Shown one piece after another: positions 10,321 through 18,510 of a DNA stretch of 20,000 bases (the first letter of the stretch is position 1; the number at the start of each line of letters is the position of its first letter). Source of the stretch: Raillietiella orientalis (lineage: Eukaryota); contig JAYWIR010000129.1 in NCBI GenBank assembly GCA_036172245.1, positions 61,850-81,849 of the forward strand, given 5' to 3'. Both the position numbers and the translations under genes were made by a program. The notes below the pieces were generated by a model that did no database searches, was not told the DNA's origin, and worked only from the letters and a program-made list of their open reading frames with translations.

Positions 10321-10571
10321 GCGAAACCCCGTCGCGCAAGGGCGTAAGCAGGCCAGCTACGACGAAAAAGGCCCACGCAGGTGAGTGCGACCTGGGGGCC
10401 GGAATCGCCTACTCCTCCTCGGAGGCACCCCCCAGGAAGTCGGGACGCAAGTCCCAGAAACCCAGGAGGCGCCTCCCCTCCAGCAGCGAGGAGGAGAAGC
10501 CGGAAGGCAGCGGAAGCGTGGGAATCCCGGAGGGGGAACTCCCACGCCCGGAAGCCGTCGAGTCGGCCACC

Positions 10572-10724
10572 CCCATGGAGGAGGGTGAGCAGGGGGGTGA
10601 AGGCCTCCCTGCAGTCGCGGAGCCTGAGCAGCCCGAACCCATGGAGGATGGCGAACAGGTAGGCGCGACTCCACCTGAGGGTGATCCGGCCGACGCGCCG
10701 GCACCGATGGAGAGGGAGGAACAG
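10572..10724 (+). repeat. Three degenerate 66-nt PME(E/D/R) repeats in the E3 ORF1 tail
   Basis: Units at ~10572, 10638 and 10704, same period as in E2. Confidence 0.7.
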
Positions 10725-10812
10725 GTGCCTCAGTACCTGTCCCTCCTCCCCCTCCACCTAGCGTCCCGCTTCAGCAGGAGGCGTACGCTGCATCGCCGTT
10801 TTGCCAGGACTA

Positions 10813-11277
10813 ATACCTGGGCTCGCCAGTCGCCGTCGGATTATCGCGGCCTGTTAAGATGTCAACGGGCTGCGCGACGACGGCCACAGGCGAGATACGG
10901 CCGACACCCTGCGTGGGCTCGACCTGGCGCTGCTGCAGGGGATCCACGTGATCTGTGCGGCGGATGTCCAGGAAATCGAGACCATCGCGGGGGGTCGGTT
11001 GTGCTGGCAATGCGGTTGCCGCAACACCTGCGGGGTCGCGTTCTTCGTGAAGCCGGCCATCGACGCTGCCGTAAAGGGCGTGCGGTTTGATGACGACGGT
11101 CGGATCGGCCAGCTGTTTCTCAGCTGGTCCGACTCTATCGACCTAATCGTCACAAACGTGTATGGCCGCAGCGGCAAACAGAGGTACCGCGACCGCACCA
11201 GGTTGCTGGAATCCCTGAAGCGCGACTGGCTGGCGTATACCAATGTGCGAAAGGCTCACCTGATAGCAGGAGACTTT
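10813..11277 (+). pseudogene. E3 ORF2 N-terminal APE fragment
   Basis: C*DVNGL (TGG to TAA at 10855), LLQG, CGVAFFVKP, NVYG, AGDF. Confidence 0.88.
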
Positions 11278-11350
11278 GCGGACGTACGGACGTGTTTTTT
11301 TTCGCTCTCGTCTCCGTGCTTTCATCCGCTTCATCTTGGTGTCGTGAATT

Positions 11351-13281
11351 TTGACGACGAAGTCGAGCCAACTGCAAGCCACTGAAGTTGGAGGTATAGC
11401 GTCCGGATCTGCAGTCGCGGAAGCGACGGCCGCCTCCTCTTCGTCTGCCCCGCCAATGGAGAGGAGCTTTGCTGACGTTGCTGCCACAGCAGCCGTCGAA
11501 GGGGGACCACAATACGAGTCGATGTTGCGGGCATACGTAGCCCAAGGCTATAGACCGGCTCTCCGATATAAGATGAGTGGTTTTCTTTATGCGCGCGACG
11601 GGAATCAGTTCAACGATGAACTGACCCGTGTTGGCGTGCGGCAGGAGGACCTCCTCGCCATTATGCCCGTAAAAGATATGGGATTTTTCAAGGTGCGTTG
11701 CAAAGACGCTGCACTTGTGCAACGCTTGCTGCGCATCCCGTTGTCGATTCGTGGCCAGAAATCTTCCCGGCCGTCATGGACGACTCCTTGGAGGCAGAGA
11801 TTTCCGACATCCAGTCGGAAATCTCCGACATTGATATTCGGAACGCGCAGGCGAAATTCGCCACGGTCCATGCGCTGTGGAGGGAGCGTAGCAGCCTCAA
11901 GGACTTCCCGTCCATACACAGCGGAGTCGCTGAAGTCCGGCTTACAATGCCCAATTGCCGTCTGCTGCCCACCAAACTACAGGTGAAAGACACGGTCGTT
12001 CACCTGTGGTTCGTGATCAAAGTAAGAACGTGCGAGCAATGCGGGAAGGAGGGGCATTGTTTGGATGAATGCCCCTCTAGGAAATGCCGTGATTGCAAAC
12101 TTTCCGGGCACCAATTGAAAAATTGCCCGGATCTTTTGCGAAAAAAGGCAGCCGCGGAGCTCCATTTTAAAGAACAAAGCGCGGATAAAAAGAAAAAATC
12201 CGTGAAAAACCTGAGGACCCCACGGCAGAAATTCCGTAAAAACGCGAGGCGGAATGTCGCCCCAAAGCAGAAGGAAACCTCGCACGCGAAGCCCTTCGCG
12301 CCCCCTCTCGCTACAAGAGAGTTGCAAAAGAAAGGGTGCGGGGAATCCAAGGCAATGGTAAGTCCCCTTACGCGAAATAGCTGTCCTTCCCAAGCACGCC
12401 CGGCTCTCTCGGAGTTTGGGCAACCGGCGGGGACGCCAATGGACAACGGCGGTAAGGACACTTCCAGTACCGTCAGATCCATTTCTTCACCTCCTGCAGG
12501 GGCTGCAAAGCCCGAATCGGGTAAGAAGGGTTGTGCCGTGTCGACTTCGAAAGTCGGCAAAATAAAATCCGCGTCCCAGTCCAACACCGCGAAAGCGGAG
12601 AAACATCTCACGCCGTCGCAGTCGGAGAGCAAGCTCTCGGCTAGCGCGGATGAAATGCCAACGAAGGGATTAAAAGCCTTTACGATGGCAGCGCCCATGA
12701 CGAGCGTGTCGAAGCCATCGAAAGTGCACCCGTCCAAAGACGCGGATGGCTTCAAAGATGGCAATGGAGCACAAGCTCCATTTACGGCGCCACGCGAAGT
12801 GAGAAACCGTAATGAAGTAAAGAAGACTTCAGCAAAGGTCCCTCGTGCAACTGCGCGTGAGCACGCTGAGAACGCGCGCGCCGGGAAAGCAGCCGTCACC
12901 AAAAGCGATGCCCTTGTGACGGAAAATGACAACAGGACAGCTGTCAATCCAGCAGAACCTGTCACTACTTCGCGGAAGGCCAAAACCCGATCGAACATGC
13001 GCCGGTCGGACTCCGAAATGGATGCCGTGCCGATCACCGAGACGACGACAACTCGTTCAAAAGCGTGTGCGCGTTGATCAAAACTAGGCAGCCAGGCAAC
13101 GCACGCCGCGAAGCAACGCGAAGTCTTCACGTAACCCGACAGGGTCAAGCCTGGCGTGGAGGCATTACATGCATGCAGCACGACGGAGGACGGTGGCGAC
13201 CGTCCCCTCCAGCCAGTCGTGCTGCTCGCCGTCTCCTCGCCGGATAAAGCGAGCAAAAAGCCGCCACCTTCCCAGCAGAAA
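11351..13281 (+). pseudogene. E4 ORF1, gag-like with two CCHC knuckles; frameshift ~11758, premature stops at 13075 and ~13132; start codon uncertain
   Basis: RSFADVAA and AYVAQGYRPALRYK match family A/C RSWSAxVAA and AYxAxGYxPxLxYK; CEQCGKEGHCLDEC, CRDCKLSGHQLKNC. The same frame runs on to PPPSQQ at 13261-13278. Confidence 0.82.
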
Positions 13282-14997
13282 TGCGTGGAATCGCGTCTTC
13301 TCGTCGTCTGTCCGTAACGTTTCGGAACGTGAACGGACTTTAGAACGACGAGAAGAGGCGATTAGTCGCCAACGCCCTGCGCCCCTTCGACCTCACGCTC
13401 CTGCAGGAGATTCACGTAATCTCCGACGAGCCGGCAGCCGAAATCGAGGAGCGCGCAGGCGGAACGCTACATTGGCGATGCGGCGGCGCACACACGTGCG
13501 GCGTCGCGTTCCTCGTAAGAGGAAAAATGGCGGAAGCGGTGCGTAGTGTTCGTTTCGATGACGACGGACGGATAGGCCAACTTGTCATCAAGTGGTCCGA
13601 GTCCATCGATCTCGTCGTTACGAACGTCTACGCGCCGAGTGGCTCTCGCTACCTCGAAGAAAGAGTACCTTACTTCGGTGAGGTGCAGAGCCACTGGCTC
13701 AACAACTTTGGCTTCCAAGTGGCGCCTCTCGTCGCTGGGGACTTCAACGTCCGCTGCTCTCCGACGATTGGAGCCGCCCGAGGGAGCGCGCGCTGCACGT
13801 CGAGATGTGCCCGTCCGTGCACGCCGCCAACTTGATGGTCAGCTAACCTGGAATGGAAAGATCGCTTGATCACGTTTTCCTCGATGAAAACCTGCATTGG
13901 CGTGTGGGTAGGAGAGGAAGATTGTTGACTAGGCTTTCTGACCACCACAGGTTGGAGTTTGTGATCCTTTCGCCAGGCAGGGGGCCTTTGTGGCAAAGCT
14001 GGAGGATGCAGGCGGACTGGCTCAGCCAACCGAAGGCTGAGGAGCATCTACGTGGACACCTCCGAGGCTTTGCCATTCAAGAAATTGCGGACTGGGACGA
14101 TCTCAAAAGATCTGTTCGCGAGTTCTGCCGCCAATTCCCCTTGCACCGGCTTCCACGCAGTTTCGGAGAGAGCGTTGTTCACAGTAGAGACTTTCTGCAG
14201 GCCCGCACGTTTTCGAGACGCGCGGATGTCGCGCGTCTAGCGGAGTACAAGACGAGGGCCGAGGGCCAGGTCTGGCAGTCCGGAGCAGCATGCCTGTTGG
14301 ACGACAAGGGCCAGGAATGTTCGGCCCCAGCCGAAGTACGCCGCATTGTGAGACGCTACTACTCCTCGCTCTACGCGGAATCCCCGACGGAGGATATTCT
14401 TTCTGAGATACTCCTGTCTCAGGATGCTCGTGTTGTCGGCGAGGAGCAACGCTAACGTCTCAACGAGCCCTTCGCGGCGGATGAATTTTCGTCCGCCATC
14501 GCTGGGCTGAAGAGACGAAAGGCGCCAGGCGAGGATGGGCTCCCTGCAGAGTTTTATCAGTGCTTTGCAGTGGAGCTCATTCCCTTGATGCTGAGACTCG
14601 CCACGCTGATGAGGGAATCCGGGAATGTCCCGGATTGCTTCCGCTCAGCGAAGGTGCGTCTCCTGCCGAAAGGCGGAGACTTGCGTCAACTTAACAACTG
14701 GCGTCCGATCACCTTGGTGAACTCGGACGTCAAGTTGTTTTCCAAGCTGTGGGTCGCGCGGTTAGGAAGTATCTCGGAATCTGTGGTGAGCCCGGAACAA
14801 ACCTACGCGGTTCCGGGACGATCCATGGAGGCGAACATCCTTTTCGCGCGTACATGGATGCAGCTGCAGGAAGTTGTGGCGCAGCAAACCAGGCTGCTGA
14901 GAAAGTCACTGCCGCAGGCAAGAAGAACAGGCGCCGATGGCAGGAGGGAACGCCAGGTGCCTTGGCGGTCGCGGTCGATCTTCACAAGGCGTTCGAT
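13281..14997 (+). pseudogene. E4 ORF2 (APE + partial RT), degenerate
   Basis: ATG 13281 MRGIASSRRLSVTFRNVNGL*, LLQE, NVYAP, AGDFN, SLDH, LSDH, KAPGEDG, NWRPITLVN, DLHKAFD. Confidence 0.88.
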
Positions 14998-15447
14998 TTT
15001 CACCCGGATTTCTCCGAGTCGTTTATTAAAAAAATAAACTTCGTAAACAAATTATTGATGGCTGTGGCAATGTTCCAGCCAGAAGCTAACAACCACGGCG
15101 CCTGCCAATTCACCGGTTTCTAGACCGGTACGGTCCACCAAGGCAGCAGGGGAAAGGGGAAAAACAAAAAAAATAAACGAAAAAAAACAAAACAAAGGGT
15201 GGGAGGGAACAAGAAGGGATCACTGTTGCTGCTGGGGCCGCATCATTCCTCTCAGGATGCTGGCAAGCTCTTGTTTTTTGTGAACATCCAGGTGGGGCCA
15301 TCGCGACGCCCTCCTCAGGAATTCGGAGGCGCACTGGATGGCTTTCTGATCGGTAGGTCCTCCCGTCGCCGTGCTCCAGGCGGCGACGATCCCACGAAGG
15401 CAGCACAAGGCTGCTATCGAAGACGCTGGCTTGCGACGGCGCTCTTG
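14998..15447 (-). mobile_element. X: inverted 3'-terminal fragment of a related element (ORF2 C-terminus + 3' UTR)
   Basis: Minus strand encodes PASSIAALCCLRGIVAAWS...FLRRASRWPHL...QQ*, homologous to the E1/E2 ORF2 end, followed by TGATCCCTTC, a T-tract, hairpins and aataaacgactcggagaaatccgggtgaaa. Confidence 0.9.
15220..15445 (-). pseudogene. ORF2 C-terminal ~70 codons of fragment X
   Basis: 3' part of track ORF 15220..15555; CCLRGIVAAWS motif. Confidence 0.85.
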
Positions 15448-15448
15448 A

Positions 15449-16664
15449 GAGGGTGGACGTGCTTTTGAGGTGCTCTGCGTTTTTCTCGCGAGTGTTTTCC
15501 GAGTTTTCAGGTTTGAGCGGTTGTTCCTGGGCAGGGATGCCCGAGGACGCCGCAAAGACGGCGGAGGGGGGCGAGCGAGCCTCGTCCCCCCAGCCCATGG
15601 ATGTGGGGGCCATCTCCCCCACGGAATCGTCCCCCGCCCCGGCGAGGGCTTGGAGCGCGGTGGTGGCGGCGCCTGCGCCGCCCCTCGCAGAGGAACAGCG
15701 GGCTTACATGGCCGACGGGTATAACCCGGCCTTGTTATACAAGGTAGGTGGCCTGTACTCTTCCGCGTTATTACGGTCTTTCGCGGCCGAGTTCAAGAAA
15801 TTAAAAGTCCCGGAGTACGAAGTCCTCGGACTTTCGGTTAGGAGTGGCGGGCAGCTGGTCGAGCTGAACTGCAAGTCTGCAGGGATGGCTCAGCAGCTGT
15901 TCCGCCTGCCGGTGACCGTGAACGGTCGAAGAATCTTCCCGTTCACGGCGGACAACTCCATCGTTGTCCACCTCACCGGTATTACCATGAGAATGGCTAA
16001 GACTGCCGTTCGCGAGAGTTTGGAGAAGTTCGGGACGGTCCACGCGTTGTGGGCAAAACCCAATGTACTGGGTTACACCAGGGCATTTAGTGGTTACGCC
16101 GCTGCCCGCGTGATCGTCCGAGCCGAGGGTGGGCTACCCCACAGACTGCAGTTCGGGGAGGAGGAGATCGACCTGTGGTATGTGGGGAAACCCGTATACT
16201 GCGGCTTTTGCCAGGTGTCGGGGCATTTAAAAAAGAAATGCCCCAACATCGTGTGCTTGGGCTGTGGGGAGAAGGGGCACATCAGGCGGATGTGCCCCAA
16301 CCGAAAAAGGTCCGTTCCGTCAGGCGCGAGGAAGGAAGAGACGCCGAAGGAAAAGGACCGAAGCCAACAACTGGCAGAACCCCGCCCTGCCGACCAACCC
16401 GCTACTCAGGCATCCACCAGCGAACAACCAGCTGGAGAAAGCGCCGAGAACGAGGAAGGTTGGCAAAAGGTAGAAAGGAAGAAGCCCCAGAAGAAGGAGG
16501 CAAAAAAGATAAACAAGGCGGTGCCGAAAAAGCAGAAACCGGTCGTCCGCGCTTGTACGGTGAAGATCGAACGCGTCTCGATCGCCAGAGCCGTAAAGAA
16601 AGTAACGGTAAAGGCGATCGATACCGTCGATCCTGAGCCGGTCGTGCCTGCAGTGACGTCACCG
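15449..16664 (+). mobile_element. E5: 5' part of a family C element, interrupted in ORF1 by E6
   Basis: gagggtggacgtgctttt start; ends at gcagtgacgtcaccg, whose homologue in E6 (18027-18041) continues further. Confidence 0.88.
15537..16664 (+). CDS. E5 ORF1, gag-like zinc-knuckle protein, open but 3'-truncated
   Basis: MPEDAAK..., CGFCQVSGHLKKKC and CLGCGEKGHIRRMC intact. Confidence 0.85.
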
Positions 16665-16756
16665 CGGTGAGTGGACGTGTTTTTTCGGTGCTCCGGAAAA
16701 TCGTCTGTTTTTGCTGGTGTTTGTGGGTTTTTCAGCGCGGTTGTTCCTGGGCAGAA

Positions 16757-18502
16757 ATGCCTGAGGACGCCGCTAAGGCGGTGGAGGGGGGCGAGCGAGC
16801 CTCGTCCCCCCAACCCATGGATGTGGGGGCCAGCTCCCCCACGGATTCGTCCCCCGCCCCGGCGAGGGCTTGGAGTGCGGTGGTGGCGGCGCCCGCGCCG
16901 CTTCCCACAGAGGAACAGCGGGCCTACGAGGCCCACGGATACAACCCGTCCCTACTCTATAAGGTAGGTGGGTTGTACTCGCCGGTAATGCTCCGCACGT
17001 TCGCCGCGGAATTTAAAAAGTTGAGAGTGCCCGAAGAAGAAGTTCTCGGCCTCTCCGTGCGCAGTGGCGGTCAGCTCGTCGAGCTGAACTGCAGAACTGC
17101 AGGAATGGCACAGCAATTGCTGAGATGCCCGGTGACTGTGAACGGGAGAAGGATTTTCCAGTTCACAGCCGACAAATCCATCGTCGTCCACCTCACGGGC
17201 ATAACGATGAGGATGGCGAAGAACGCCGTACGAGCAGAACTCGAGAAATACGGCACCGTCCACGCTCTGTGGGCTAAGCCCAACACCCTGGGTTATACCA
17301 GGGCGTTCAGTGGCTATGCCGCCGCGCGTGTGACGGTCCGAGAGGAAAGTGGTTTACCCCACCGACTGCAGGTCGATGATGAATACATCGACCTGTGGTA
17401 CATAGGGAAACCTAAATTTTGTGGAAATTGCGAGGCCATCGGGCACCTCAAACGGAGGTGCCCTAACATCGTGTGCCTCCGATGTGGTACCAAGGGACAC
17501 GTACGAAAGGTGTGCCCTTCTCGTTTTGCGTCCACTCCTGCTGTCAACAAGAAAACCGAGTCGCCACAGGTGCAGGACAAACAGCATCCCCCATCGGGTG
17601 AAAGCTCGCAAGCAGGCGAGAAACCGACGCCGGAGGAAGAAAAGGCGGAGGATGGCGAAGCTGTCGCCGAAAACAGCTGGAAGTTGGTGAAGAAAAAGGA
17701 GAGCAAGGGGAAAGGTACGGCCCCCAAGAAAACGGTAAAAACGGTGGCGAAAAGCGTCCGTCGTTCCACCGTAAACATCGATCGCTTTACCGCGAAGGCT
17801 TCCTCCAGCAAGCCGTCGATCGATACCGCAGCTGCGGCATCGATCGATAGAGCGGTTCCGGCCCCGTCCACCGAAATCGCTACGGTAGCGATCGATATCG
17901 CGGCACCTGTTGCCGCGATCGATACTATTGTTCCAGTTCCGTCCGCTGGAAGTGTTGTAGTGGCGAGTTGAAGCTCAGCCGCTGCTGTTCCGATCGATAG
18001 CTCGCCGGTTGCAGCTATCGATTCGGCAGTGACGTCACCGGACTCGCCAACAGGCGGCGAAGTCTGCGATGACGCGGAACGCATCTCCGATGCAACGTTC
18101 GCGCAAGCCGCGGAAGAGTTGGCTGCCTTGTTAAGGCAGCCCGTCAAGGCCGAGAAGAAGGCCGTTCGACGCCCGGCTACGGCGAAGGACCCAGAAAACA
18201 GCGAGTCCGACGCCGAAACCGGGAACTCGTCGACCGTAGGGTTGCCGAAAAGAAAAAATAAAAGTTCAACGGGAGCTCGTAGGCGTGCTGTCCCCACTCA
18301 GGTAGAGGTGGAAATGGCATCCGACAGCGAAGAGGAGTCAATGTGCGTTCCAGCGTGCGACTCTGCGCCTAAGAGCATCCTATTCCAACTGTTGACACAG
18401 TCCTCGGCCGACGGAGCACACCAAACTCCTTCCGAATCCGTCGGCGTGGACGCGGAACACCCGTTTCCTGAAAGGGAGACGGTTTCCTCCACACCACCAT
18501 AA
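16757..18502 (+). pseudogene. E6 ORF1 with one in-frame TGA at 17969-17971
   Basis: CGNCEAIGHLKRRC, CLRCGTKGHVRKVC; ORF 18029..18502 is in the same frame and has DATFAQAAEELAALL. Confidence 0.88.
17774..18025 (+). repeat. Degenerate ATCGAT-core coding minisatellite (xIDxA peptide repeats)
   Basis: Seven clusters of atcgat/gatcgat in ~250 nt: NIDR, SIDT, SIDR, AIDI, AIDT, PIDS, AIDS. Confidence 0.7.
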
Positions 18503-18510
18503 ATAAACCT

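Larger units (their letters stand above)
8997..10813 (+). pseudogene. E3 ORF1, gag-like CCHC protein, nearly intact; 1-nt deletion near 10729
   Basis: MAALPED..., CRYCNAVGHLRKRC, second knuckle CHPCGEKDH lacking its last Cys. By alignment with E2 the true end is CAG GAC TAA at 10811-10813. Confidence 0.87.
8907..11277 (+). mobile_element. E3: 5' part of a family A element (divergent ORF1), interrupted within APE
   Basis: 5' motif gagaggatgtgctttt, ORF1, then APE up to HLIAGDF, after which E4 sequence starts abruptly. Confidence 0.9.
11279..14997 (+). mobile_element. E4: divergent family B element, interrupted in RT at DLHKAFD
   Basis: cggacgtgtttttttt start, ORF1 with two CCHC knuckles, APE and RT N-terminal half. 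Confidence 0.88.

Noticed and set aside
5360..10860. RIP-like hypermutation suggested by TGG to TAA/TAG and CAG to TAA stops
   Set aside because: The sequence remains GC-rich with abundant CpG and CpA, and copy differences include many transversions and indels.
8712..11090. 792-aa ORF spanning the E2 3' UTR, E3 ORF1 and into the APE region
   Set aside because: The N-terminal extension is UTR read from a non-ATG start and is not in frame at the E1/E2 junction; the C-terminal extension results from a 1-nt deletion near 10729.
12000..13256. Long minus-strand ORFs (418 aa here; also 8003-9154 and 17314-18297)
   Set aside because: Antisense shadows of GC-rich coding sequence with no recognisable motifs.
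17969..17971. Programmed readthrough or alternative genetic code at in-frame TGA codons
   Set aside because: Internal stop positions are not shared between copies, and TGA is the normal ORF2 terminator in E1, E2 and X.
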